Assembly: GCF_963921235.1 (NCBI RefSeq)
Contig: NC_086097.1
Location: 185,692,001-185,756,000, forward strand
DNA: 64,000 nt
Reading direction: 5' to 3'
From: Mobula hypostoma
Lineage: Eukaryota
The notes below the pieces were generated by a model. That model was not told the DNA's origin. It was given only the letters and a program-made list of their open reading frames with translations, and did no database searches. The first letter of the stretch is position 1; every line of letters starts with the position of its first letter. The position numbers and the translations under genes are program-made. Below are positions 1 through 11,460 of the stretch, piece by piece.

Positions 1-803
1 CTTCTGTGTGAGTTCAGGCTCTCGATCAGTGAAACTGAATACAGTTTACAATAATGTATCTGAAAATGATGAAATTGGTAGCCTGCTATAAAAACTCAAC
101 TGACGTGCTTTTAATGGGAAGAGAGCTTGCCTCTTTAAGACAATCCAAGATAAGGTGATCTTTTCCTATCAACAGGCCTATCATTGAGATCGAGGAATGA
201 ATTTAAAAGGGAGGCAAGATCTAGCAAGAGTGACCATTTTGGAATAGCCATCTTGAGAAGAGATATTTTGAGGTCCAAGTGCTGAGGTTGAGGCATAACT
301 GCAGAGGATTTAACAAGGGAGGCTATGGTGAGAAGGCTGAGCAGTAGTGGCAAGGTGAATCAAGATAAGGTCTCTTTAAGCTTTAGTACCTTGAGAGGTA
401 GAAATGGCAGTCAGTGGAGTGCTATGCTCCTGTCAAATATGGGAGATCAGAGAGTGATTAAGTGTTTCTGGTAACAATCTTTACAGGAAGTGTGCCCAGC
501 CTATAACTCCTTTCAGACAATGTGGATCTGTTAAAGTGGCAGATGGGAGTCACTGAGACAGAAAGCATCATATATAGGAATTTCAAGGAAGTGATCACAC
601 CACAGGTCGGCTGGTTAGATGGTTGGAGATACAGGAAGGTAATGAAGAGTCCCCTGTGCTATTCCCCTCTCTGAAAGGCTTACTGTTGGTGGATATGGTC
701 TCTCAAGGGAACAAGGAAAAAATGCATCAACCAAATTAGTGGTGTCACAACTGACGCTGTTATACAGCAAGAAAAGTCAAAGTCCAGGTAAGTGAACATT
801 GAT

Positions 804-1206
804 CATAGAAATCTACAGCACATTACAGGCCTTTCGGCCCACAACGTTGTGCCAACCATGTAACCTTACTCTAGAAACTGCCTAGAATTTTCCTTCTGCA
901 TAACCCCGTTTTTCTAAACTCCATGTATCTAAGAGTCTCTTATAAAACTTTATTATATCTGCTTCCGCCACTGTCACCAGCAGTACATTCCATGCACCCA
1001 AAACACTGTGAAAAATTTACCCCTGACGTCCCCCCTGTACCTACTTTCAAGCACCTTAATACTATGCCCCCTTGTGTTAGCCGTTTCAGCCCCGGGAAAA
1101 AGCCTCTGGCTATCCATACGATCAATACTTCTCATCATCTTATACACCTCTATTAAGTCACCTCTCATCCTCCAACGCTCCAAGGAGAAAAGGCCAAGTT
1201 CACTCA
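804..1206 (-). mobile_element. CR1 3' fragment
   Basis: ORF 974-1207(-) LGLFSLERWRMRGDLIEVYKMMR..TRGHS is the CR1 ORF2 C-terminus, followed by a 3'UTR hairpin and a (TTCTATG)-type tail. Confidence 0.85.
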
Positions 1207-1438
1207 AGAAAGTAGCAGTGATTGGGGGAACTCAATAGTCAGGGAAACTGATAGGTATTCCTGTGGTTACAAGAGGGATTCGTGGATGGTGTATTATTTC
1301 CCTGTTGCCAGGGTCAAGGAGGACATTAGGAGCAAGATGATAGCTAGAGAGAAGTAGGGCCACTCTAGAACAAGGGACAGAACTTTAGTGTGGAGCCAGA
1401 AAAAATGGATGAGGTCCTTCACATCAGTATTCATTAAA

Positions 1439-1878
1439 ATGTTGCCTGGATTGGAGGGCATCCCTTATAGGTTGCATGAACTTGGCCTTTTCTCCTTGGA
1501 GCGACGGAGGATGGGAGGTGACCTGATGATGAAGGGCATTGATTGTGTGGATAGCCCTAGGCTTTTCCCCAAGGCTGAAATGGCTAACACGAGGGGGCAT
1601 AGTTTTAAGGTGCTTGGAAACAGGTACTGAGGGGATGTCGGGGTAACCTTTTCACACAGAGAATGGTGGATGCGTGGAATGCACTGCCAGCGGCGGTGGT
1701 GAAAGTGGATACAATAGGATCTTTTAAGAGCCTCTTAGATAGGTACAAGGAACTTAGAAAAGTAGAGGACTATGCACGAGGGAAACTCCAGGCAGTTTCT
1801 AGAGTAGGTTTCATGGTCAGCACAACATTGTGGTCCGAAGGGCCTGTAATGTGCTGTAGATTTCTATATTCTATGTCC
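1439..1878 (+). mobile_element. CR1 3' fragment
   Basis: LGLFSLERRRMGGDL..TRGHSFKV and WNALP motifs, ending in tttctatattctatg. Same family as 804-1206, opposite orientation. Confidence 0.85.
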
Positions 1879-3153
1879 TAAAAGAAAGGACATGGATGAT
1901 TTGGGGGCGGGGGGAGGTACGTGGATATTTTAGGGCCTATTGAAAAGGAGGAGTTGTTGAGTATCTTGGAAAAACATCAAGATGGATAAATTCCCAGGGC
2001 CACATGGGATACATCCTAGGATACTCAGGGTGCCAAGAGGAGAGATCACTGGAGCTGAAACAGAGATCTTTGTATCATCTTCAACCACAGAAAAGCTCCC
2101 AGAAGATTGGAGACTATCTGATGTCATTCCATTGTTTAGGAAGGGCAATAGAACAAACTAGAAAACTATAGGGTGGTCAACCTTATATCAGAGGTAGGGA
2201 AATTATTGGAGAAGATTCAGAGGGACAGGATTTACTCACATTTGGAAATGCAAGGATGGTTTTCAATGGGGAAGGCCTGTCTCACAAATTTCAGGTTTTT
2301 TGAGGAAGTGATAAAGATGATTGATAAAGGTAGGCTGTAGATGTTATCAACATGGATTTTAGATATGGTCTCTCATGATAGGCTAGTCCATAAGGTTAAA
2401 TCACATGGGATGAATAGTGAGTTGGTAAATCAGATACAAAATTGGCTTGGCTATAGTAGCTAGAGAGATGTGGTAAAAAGATACTTTTCTGACAGGTCTG
2501 TCCCCAGTGTTTCACAGAGATTAGTACTAGGACCTCCGTTGTTTATAATTTATATTAAGAGTTGGATGAAAATAGAGGTGGTCTGATTGGTAACTTGGAA
2601 GATAACACAAAATTTTTTGTAGTTTTGGATAGTGAGGATGGTTGCCAAAAGATACAGCAAGATATACAGTAGATCCATTGGAAATTTGGGGAGGGAAATG
2701 GCAGATGGAATTTAATCTGGGTAAGTATGTGGTGTTATACTGTGAAAGATCAAATGCAAGATGAAAATAAATAGTAGATTGCAGGACCCATAGGAAAACA
2801 GACCTAGGGGTACTAGGGTGCAGGTCCATAGCTCTCTGCAAGTGGCACAAGTGAACAGGACAATAACAAATATGTACGACCTCCAGTCATCAGGGTATTG
2901 AGTATATAAGTTGAGACATTCTGTTACAGGTGCATGAAACTTTTATTTAGTCAAATTTTAGTTATTCCGTGCAGTTCTGGTTGTCACACAATATGATTTC
3001 CAGCCATTAATTCCATTTCTCCTTCTTGGTCGCAATCTCCAGTTGAACATTGCAACTTTAGAACCCTTTTTGATTCTTAACTATACTAACATTATTATCC
3101 AATACCAAAAAGCTTACTTCTGTATATTTTAGTCCTGCCTCAGCCCTCATATT

Positions 3154-3378
3154 GGGCACGTGGCCAAGTGGTTAAGGCAATTGTCTAGTGATCTGAAGGT
3201 CACTAGTTCGAGCTTCAGCTGTGGCAGCGTGTTTGTGTCCTTGAGTCCTTGAAGCAAGGCACTTAACCACACATTGCTCTAGTGCCTGTGCGAGGAGTGG
3301 CGCCCCACACAAGCTTCCAATCTGCGCCTTGAGAATGCCCGAAGCAGGCCTCTCATGGTCTGAGTCAACATTCCCTTC
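3154..3378 (+). mobile_element. tRNA-derived SINE with CORE-like central motif
   Basis: Pol III A-box (TGGCCAAGTGG) and B-box-like (AGTTCGAGC), then GTGTCCTTGAG..CAAGGCACTTAAC. Head shared with the copy at 29467. Confidence 0.75.
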
Positions 3379-4560
3379 AGCCCAGCTAATGAAAGTCTCA
3401 CCTGTCCTCTTGTTACTTTTTGTCTCAACTGCTGCAATGCACTGTTGGTCAATATTCCATCTTCTATCTTTATCAAATATGAAATTCCCTCCCTTTGAAA
3501 TGATTTCTTTGATTATATTTTTGATGGCCTGTCCTTAAGTAACTAGTTTCTTGTTTGAATGCATCCTAGTGAGTGCCTTGGAATATTTTATTACAATAAA
3601 TGTTATATAAATACAAGTTGTAATGGAAACTACAGTTGTGGTGTTCCTCACTTTTTCTTGTCCACATTAATTCTGTAGGTTGGATTGTTATTTAGAGCTT
3701 TGAGATGAGAACTATTATGATGTTAGTTAACAGCACTCTCCTTTAAGATGGTTCCAGCCTAACAGGCACGGAGTGCAGAGGTGGTTTGTTGAACTTATTT
3801 TAAAGAATACAAGAAACAATTCTGTATTTTACAGCATATCAACTATATAGCTTTCCTACTTGTAGACCCATCAGTGGAGAGACAAGAAACATGCAAACAA
3901 ATATCTTTTCTGTACCAGTGGAAAGAAATTACCTATATGCTCTGTTAAACTCCTGCAAAACTTTTTAGAACCGTCTAAACCTTGTTATGATAGGTTTAAA
4001 TTTTCTGGATAGATTGCATATATTAAGCAATACTGTTACGTTTGTTTATATTGGCCATATGAACTCAAAACATATTGATTGCCCAAACGTTTTATAGGCA
4101 CGCTGGAATCCAATCTCTGCACCTCTATTCTTACCGCCATTTATCAAAACTCACTTCTTTGACCTCTGACATCTGTTCTCTTAAACAATTAATTTAAATA
4201 CGGTTAACTATAGCACAAATGGAGCATTACACGCCAAAAAGAGCGAGAGGCAAGTCTGACACGTTGCCTCGGAAGTTATGATTCAAGTTTGGAGCTTGGA
4301 AAGGATAATGAAAATAATTCAGGAATGCCAGGTTCAGGATGTGGAAATAAAAAGAAGAGGATTGAGAAATGTAAATTATTTTAAAATCTGAATGTATAAT
4401 CGAACTATCAAACTATTATTTTGAACGTAAATGCACCTGACGACTGGACTGAAAGAGCTTAATCGGGGAGGGGTAAGAATATATTGGAAAGATGTCCCAG
4501 GCTGCTGACACTGACGGGATGGGCGACACACGCTACGTCACTGCTGCACCTGTTGTTGCG

Positions 4561-4587
4561 GTTGGCAAGGCAACGTTTCCAGGTGAC
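4561..4587. promoter_or_regulatory. Two abutting RFX X-box-like motifs
   Basis: GTTGGC-AA-GGCAAC (4561-4574) and GTTTCC-A-GGTGAC (4575-4587) match GTNRCC(N0-3)RGYAAC with 1-2 mismatches. Confidence 0.5.
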
Positions 4588-4931
4588 GGTCTTCCATTTG
4601 ATAATCCCCTCCTCTCAATACAACTTCTCTGTGAGTATTTCATTGTGAACAACCCCCTCCCCCAATAATAATATAAATTAACCATCTTCGCTCTCTCTAC
4701 ATTTCTCCAGCAGGCTTGCTTTTGTACATCCCGATCGGACGTTCCGTTCTCGCTGAGCCCACTGTTGTGCTGCGGGGACGCCACTGACCACCACCCACTC
4801 GCCCGTCTCTCGCCGCAGGGAAAAGCTCGCGACACGCGGAAGGGTACGTGCGGTCTGACGAGGCGGCTCGAGCTCTGTCGCGAGCGCTGTCACCCGTTAC
4901 GGAGGCAGGTCGATTGTCGCGTGAGGAGGGG

Positions 4932-4963
4932 ATGGCGGAGGTAAAAGGCGTTACTCCAACCGG
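4932..4963 (+). CDS. Host gene coding exon 1 (MAEVKGVTPTG); gene tentatively an axonemal dynein heavy chain (DNAH7-like)
   Basis: gggATGG Kozak context in the CpG island. Donor CGG|GTGAGT, phase 2, compatible with exon 28239. Confidence 0.55.
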
Positions 4964-5454
4964 GTGAGTACGACTACTCGATCTGACCGCTGGTAAAACC
5001 GATTCCTCTTGAAAAGCTCTCGTACCGCAGACCAATCTCCCAGTAGTCGTCAGCATCTCCTGAGATTACGCGGCGGCGTGCAGTCACCCATCTAGGGGTG
5101 GTCTGAAACTTAAATACTTCCCTTACCGTTTAGAATCGAGGTCGTCAGTCCTCGCCCCGCCTTGCCGGGCGTCCCCTCTCCTTACACTGCAATCCTTACG
5201 TGTTTTATTCTTAGTGGGTAAACCGGGACAACTGCGGAAGTATTGCAATTACTCGGTGTATCAGGGTTGGGAAAACTCCAGAGACAAACGTGCCAGTACT
5301 TTTCAGAGGTCCGAGATCAGGCAACAAACTTCAGGGATGTGTGATCGTACACTGCTATACTCTTTGATCTCTCAGCCATCTGAAGAGTACTATCATGGAT
5401 GAGGTTAATAAAACAGAATTCGTGGGAAGGAAAGAAAAAATTGCTTAAAACATT

Positions 5455-5607
5455 CACAAACGAGAAGATCTGCAGATGCTGGAAATCCGAGCACCGCACA
5501 CACAAATGCTGGAGGAAATCAGCAGGCCAGGCAGCATCTAGGAAAAGAGAACTTTTTTCCTAGATGCTGCCTGGCGTACTGAGTTCCTTCAGCATTTCGT
5601 GTGTGTG
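5455..5607. mobile_element. Penelope-derived fold-back pseudo-LTR fragment
   Basis: Inverted arms (cacacacaaatgctggaggaa..ggcagcatctaggaaaa / ttttcctagatgctgcc..cagcatttcgtgtgtgtg). TSD-like gcttaaaacatt (5443-5454) / gcttaaagcatt (5608-5619). Confidence 0.75.
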
Positions 5608-5889
5608 GCTTAAAGCATTAACTCTTTTATAAATTGTGTAAAATAATTTTGATGTAATCAGAAAGGATCTGGCAAGTATGGATTGGTTAGTTTGCTTTCT
5701 GGCAAAGGGACGCTTGGTAAGTGGGAGGCTTCAAAAGTGAAATTACGAATGTACAGAGTTTCTATGTTCCTGTTAGAGCAAAGCACAATATTAACAGGTC
5801 AAGGGAACCTTGGTTTTCTAGGGATATTAGGGCCCTACTTAAGAGGAGAAGGAGGTGCACAGCAGGTATAGGCAGCAAGGAATAAGTGA

Positions 5890-6083
5890 ACAACAGGAAT
5901 TCTGCAGATGCTGGAAATTCAAGCAACACACATCAAAGTTGCTGGTGAACGCAGCAGGCCAGGCAGCATCTATAGGAAGAGGCGCAGTCGACGTTTCAGG
6001 CCGAGACCCTTCGTCAGGACTAACGTAACGTGAAACGTCGACTGCGCCTCTTCCTATAGATGCTGCCTGGCCTGCTGCGTTCA
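5890..6083 (-). mobile_element. Young Penelope-derived fold-back pseudo-LTR element
   Basis: 14-bp TSD caaggaataagtga (5876-5889 / 6084-6097). Perfect 54-bp inverted repeat (5945-5998 / 6031-6084). Nearly identical to the 3' end of the GIY-YIG-bearing insert at 13823-14773. Confidence 0.9.
5985..6022 (-). ncRNA. Minimal type I hammerhead ribozyme motif (Penelope pLTR)
   Basis: Minus strand UAGUC-CUGACGA-AGGGUCUCGGCCU-GAAAC-GUC-GACUG: CUGAnGA and GAAA core, stem I AGUC/GACU, palindromic ACGU minimal stem III, GUC cleavage triplet. Confidence 0.8.
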
Positions 6084-7974
6084 CAAGGAATAAGTGAGGC
6101 ACTTACAGAATAGAAAAAAATGCAAAAGACCATTTGGGAAATTAGGAGGGCTAAAAGAACACCTGAAGTTGTTCTGGTATACAAGGTGAAGGAGTATTCC
6201 AAGGGCTTCTACAGATACAGCAAGAACAAAAAGGATAGGGAGGGACAAAAGTGGTCCACTTGTGGATCATCTTGGTCATCTTTGCGTGGAGCTGAACGAG
6301 ATGGGAAAGATCTTAAATAGATTTTTTGCACCGTGTTTTCCTGGAAGACAGACATAGAGTCAATTGAACTGAGGCAAAACAGTGGTGAGATCATGGACCA
6401 TATACGGATTACAGAAGAGGAGATGCTTGCTGTCTTGTGGCAAATTAGGGTAGATAAATCCTCAGAGCCTGACAAGGTTTCCCCTTAGACCTTGTGGGAG
6501 GCTGATGCAGAAATTACAGGGGCAATGGCAGAAATATTTAAAATGTCCTTATGCCAGATGACTGGAGGATAGCTAATGTTCCATTGTACAAGGAAGGCTC
6601 TAATAATTAACAGGGGAACTATAGGCCATTGAGTCTGATATTAGTAATGGCTAAATTATTGGAAGGTATTCTAAGGGACAGGATATATAAATATTTGGAT
6701 AGGGAGGGTCTGATTAAGCATAGCCAACCTTGCTTTGTACATGATAGGTCATGTCTAACCAATCTTATAGTTTTTTGAGGAGGTTACTAGCAAAGTTGAT
6801 GAAGGAAAACAGTGGACATTGTGCACATGAACTATAGTCTTTAGCAAGCTCTTTGACAAAGCTTTGTAAAAAGTTCAATCACTTGGCATTCAGGATGAGA
6901 TAGTAACTTTGATTCAATATTTGCTTTGCAAAAGAAGCCAGTGAGTGGCAGTAGATGCTTCTTCTCTGACGAGAGACCTGTGACTAATGGTGTTCCAAAG
7001 GGATCGGTGCTGGGTGTGTTGTTGTTTATCATCTATATTAATGATTTAGATAATAATGTGATAAACTGGATCAACAAATAAGCAGATGATATCAACATTG
7101 GGAATATTGATGAACAATGAGGAAGACTATCAAAGCTTGCAGCAGGATCTGGATCAGCTGGAAAAATGGGTGGAAAAAATGGGAGATGGAATTTAATGCA
7201 GACAAGTATGAACTGTTGCACTTAGGGAGGACAAACCAGGATAGGATTTGCACATTGAATGGTAGGGCATTGAGGAGTGTGATAGAACAAAGATATGGGA
7301 ATAGAAATACCCAAATTTCTTGACAATTGCATCACAAGTAGGTGGGATCATAAAGACAGCTCTTGGCACATTGGATTTCATAAATCAGAATACTAAATAT
7401 AGGAGCTGGGATGTTATATTGAAGTCATATAAATAAAACTCTTGGGCTAAATTTGGAGTGTTGTGTGCAGTTCTGGCCATCTACCTACAAGAAAGAAATC
7501 AATAAGATTGAAAGAGTAAAGAGAAAATTTACAAGGATATTGCTGTGACATCAAAATCTGAATTATAGGGAAAGGTTGAACAGATTAGCTCTTTATTCCC
7601 TGGAACATTGGAGAATAGGGGGAGATTTGATAAAGGAATACAAAATTATGAAGGGTGTAGACAGAGTAAATGCAAGCAGGCTTTTTCACTGAGGTTAGAT
7701 AGGAATAGAACTAGAGGTTATAGGTGAAGAGTGGAATGTTTATGGGGGTGAATAGGGGGAACCTCTTCACTCACAGGGTAGTGTGAGCTATCTGCAGAAG
7801 TAGTGGATGTAGGTTTAATTGTGAGGGTTAAGAGAAGATTGAATGAATACATGGATGTACCGAGAAAAATGAAGGGCTAAGGTCCAGGTGCAGGTCAATG
7901 GGGCTAGGCAGAATTACAGTTCAGCACAGACTAGATGGGCTGATGGTCCGTTTTTTGTGCTGCAGTGCTTTATG

Positions 7975-9360
7975 AAGTGTATCACTTTGGAAGGTCAAAT
8001 TTGAAGGCAGAATAGTGTTAATGGCAGAATTATTAGTAGTGTGGTGGAACAGAGGGATCTTAGGGTTCAGTCCATAGAATCCTCAAAGTTGCAGAGCACA
8101 AGTTGATAGGATGGTTAGGATGTCCTATGGTATGTTGGCCTTCATTGTTGGGGGATTGAGTTCAAGAGTCACAAGGTAATGTTGCATCTTTGTAAAACTC
8201 TGGTTGGACCACACTAGAAGTATTGTATTCAGATCTGGTCGCCTGAAGGACATGGAAGTTTCAGAGAGGGTGCAGGGGAGATTTGCCAGTGTGTTGCATT
8301 GATTAGACAGGTTGTCTTGTGAGGATAGATTGAGCAAGCTAGAGGGTTTCTGTTTAGAGTGAAGAGGGATGAGAAGTGATTTGATAGAGGTGTACAAGAT
8401 GATATGAGGCAGAGATAGAGTGGACAGCCAGGCACTTCTTCCCAGGGCAGAAATAGCTAATACAAGGGGACATAACTTTAAAGTGTTTGGAGGGAAGTAT
8501 TAGATTAGATTATGAGGACACTCAGTCCTCGTTTATTGTCATTTAGAAATACATGCATTAAGAAATGATACAATGTTCCTCCAGAGTGATATCACAAAAA
8601 AAACAGGACAAACCAAAGACTAATACTGACAAGACTACATAATTATAACACGGTTACAGCAATGCAAAACAATACCATAATTTGATAAAGAGCAGACCGT
8701 GGGCACGGTTAAAAAAAAAAGTCTCAAAGTTCCGATCGACTCCCGATAGTCCCGATAGCAGGCGGCAAAAGGGAGAAACTCTCCCTGCCATAAACCTCCA
8801 GGTGCCGACAACTGCCGATGCATTGGAAGCACCCGACCACAGCCGACTCTGAGTCCGTCCGAAAACTTTGAGCCTCCGACCAGCCCTCCGACACCGAGCA
8901 CCAAGCACCATCTCTGCCGAGCGCTTCAACCCCGGCCCCGGCCACTGAGCAACAAGCAAAGCTGAGGACTCAGGGCCTTCTCCCCCGGAGATTCTGGATC
9001 ACACAGTAGCAGTGACAGCGAAGAAGGCATTTCAGAAGTTTCTCCAGATGTTCCTCCGAGCTCTCACATCTGTCTCCATCAAATCAGGATTGTGCATGGC
9101 ACCCTACTTGACAGATAACAGATATCATTTCACCAGAGTGGCCGCTGCGCCGCTCCGCCATCTTCTCTTCCTGGGGGGGATATAAGAGGTAGTTTTACTT
9201 TTACATATAGGGCGGTAGGTGCATGGAATGCATTGCCAGGGGGTTGGTAGGGGCAGTATTTTAGAGACATTTAGGCACGATTAAAGAAACAATGGATAAT
9301 TATGTGGGAGGGAAGGGTTGGACTGATCTTGGAGTTGGTTAAAGGGTTTTTCTGCAACCT
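7975..9360 (+). mobile_element. CR1 3' part, interrupted by the non-autonomous element at 8499-9171
   Basis: TLVGP.LEYCIQ.W, DLIEVYKM and TRGHNFKV before the insert; WNALP and 3'UTR after it. Confidence 0.8.
8499..9171 (-). mobile_element. Non-autonomous retroelement with AAGATGGCG head and (TCTAA)n tail
   Basis: Highly similar over its full length to 39833-40487(+). AATAAA and TCTAA repeats at the 3' end; no credible ORF. Confidence 0.8.
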
Positions 9361-9364
9361 GTTC

Positions 9365-11200
9365 TAAGTACAGGCCCTTTGGCCCACAATGTTCTGCAGA
9401 CCTTTTAACCTACTCCACGATCAATCTAATTATTCCCAGCCACACACTGCAGCCCTCCAGTTTTATCCACGTGCCTGAGAGTCTCTTAAATGTCCCTGAT
9501 GTCTGCCACCACCTCAGCAGTGTGTTCCATATACTTACTACTCTTTGTGTAAACTACCTTTGACATTTCCCCCATATTTACCTCTAGTCACTTTAAAATT
9601 ATGCCCTTTCATATCTGGCACCTTGGGAAAAAGACACTGGCTGTCTGCTCTGTTTATCCCTCGTGTCATCTTATCACTTCTATCAAGTCTGTTCCATCCT
9701 CCTTCACTCCAAAGAGAAAATCCCTAGTTCACTCAGGCTTTCTTTAAAATACATGTTCTCTAATCTAGACAGCTTTCTGGTCAATCTCCTTTGCGCCTTG
9801 TCTAATGATTCCACATCCTTCCTATAATGAGGTGACCAGAACACCTTAACAACTTGCTTTGCAACTTTGTGGTTTCTATGGACATGGATCCCAAGATCCC
9901 CCTGTTCCTACACATTGCTAAGAATCCTGCCATTAACCTTGTGCTCTTCCTTTAAGTTCAAATTTTCAAAATGTAACACTTTTCTAGATTGAACTCCATC
10001 TGACACTTCCCAGTAGAGCTCTGCATCTTATCAAATTCCCATTGTAACCTACAACAACCTTCAACATTATCCACAATACCACCAACCTTCATGTGATCTA
10101 TAAACTTACTAACACACTCTTCTACTTCCTCATACAAGTCATTTATAAAAATCATGACGAGCAGATGTCTCAAAACAGGTCCCAGCGGAACAGGACTGGA
10201 CATGCACCTCTAGGCTCTATCTGAAGGGTCTCAACCCAAAACATCAACTCTTTGGTCCTCTCCATAGATGTTGACTGACCTGATGAGATCCTTCAGCATT
10301 TGGTGTGTGTTCACTCTATCCAGTACTAAACTATCCTTTCTGTAAGCAAGCCATTTCTTGGCCAAGCCAAGTTTCCCAGGATTCCATACCTCCTGGCTTT
10401 CTGAATGAGTCTACCATGGAGAACCTTACGGAATGCCTTACTAAAATCCATATACACAACGTTCACATTGTACCTTCATCGCTTTGTATTGTAATTTCCT
10501 TGAAGAAATCAATCAGGTTCATGAGGCATGTCATGCCCTCACAAAGCTTTCCTGACTACCATAATCTGACTATACTTCTCCAAATACTCGCAATTCCTCT
10601 CTCTAAGAATCCTCTTGAACATTTTGCCCAGCAGTGATGTTAAGACTCACTGGTATGTTATTCAAAAGATTATCCCTGTTACCTTACTTGAACAAAGGAA
10701 TAACACTTGCCACCCTCCAATCTTCTGGTACTGCTCCTGTAGCCACTGAGAATGTGAAGGTCATTGCCAAAAGCACAGCAATCTCTTCCTTCGTTTCCCA
10801 TAGTAACCTGGGGTATGTCCCATCTGGCCACAAGGAGTTAACTACCCCAATGTTTGTCAAAAGTTGCAGCACATCCTGTTTCTTAACCTCAACATGTTAC
10901 AGCGCTTTAGTTTGTCTGAGCTAACCTCACATTTATCAAGATCCTTCTCACTGGTGAATACTGAAGCAAAGTATTCATTACGGACTTCCCCTACATCCTC
11001 TGACTCCAAACATGTTTTCATTTTTATTCCTGATTGGTCTTACCCTCACTCTGGTCATCCTGTTTTTCATGTACATTGTGACTATATAGAATGCCTTAGG
11101 AATTTTCTTTATCCTACTCGTCAAGCCCTTCTCGTGTCCTTGTCTTCCTAAGCTCCTTCCTGACTTTTAGTTCTCAAGAGCTCTGATGCTTGCTTTCTAA
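9365..11200 (-). mobile_element. Degraded CR1 LINE ORF2/3' end (with a degenerate Penelope pLTR piece at ~10221-10310)
   Basis: ORFs with VPEDWRVASVIPLFK and IFINDL..SKF..MEFN; CR1 3'UTR near 9365. Confidence 0.85.
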
Positions 11201-11299
11201 AATACCTAGGTTTAATGATGTTAATTGAGATAAATAATGGGCATAACTCCCTGCTCTTTGAAGTAGCGTTAACTTCATAGACAATATGAAGTATCTGGT

Positions 11300-11460
11300 G
11301 ACCCTGTGATCTCTGTCTCGGAGGCTAATATCAGAACATCTTTCAAGAGGATGAACCTTTGCAGGATGTCAGTTCCTCATGGTGTACCTGGTAGGGTACT
11401 GAAAACCTGTGCTAACCAACTGGTAGAAGTGCTCAAGGACATCTTCAATTTTTCACTGCT
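11300..11460 (+). mobile_element. Rex1/Babar LINE, 5' part (continues at 16676)
   Basis: ISVSEANIRTSFKRMN..PHGVPGRVLKTCANQL..DIFNFSLL is typical of the Rex1 pre-RT region. Confidence 0.75.

Larger units (their letters stand above)
400..2990 (+). mobile_element. Degraded CR1 LINE (ORF1 zinc-finger/esterase remnants plus ORF2 RT remnants), interrupted by two younger CR1 3' fragments
   Basis: Esterase-like AVVIG.SIVR..DR remnant at ~1207-1325. RT-side remnants KFPGPHGIHPRIL, LPEDWR and NYR.V.L at ~1985-2200. Many stops and frameshifts; ends approximate. Confidence 0.8.
4510..5260. promoter_or_regulatory. CpG island / promoter and first-exon region
   Basis: Strongly CpG-rich, apparently non-repetitive segment in otherwise CpG-depleted DNA. 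Contains a Kozak-context ATG followed by a canonical GTGAGT donor. Confidence 0.75.
5660..7970 (+). mobile_element. Degraded CR1 LINE ORF2 and 3' end
   Basis: Remnants of DWRIANV, NYRPLSL, SCLTNL, GVPKGSVLG, WEMEFNADK and CCVQFW, with a CR1-type 3'UTR. Interrupted at 5890-6083. Confidence 0.85.

Noticed and set aside
3154..3230. tRNA gene (also at 29467)
   Set aside because: Lacks a clean cloverleaf and terminator and continues into a SINE body.
4533..5056. Minus-strand ORFs of 71-119 aa in the CpG island
   Set aside because: Expected by chance in GC-rich DNA; no recognisable motifs.
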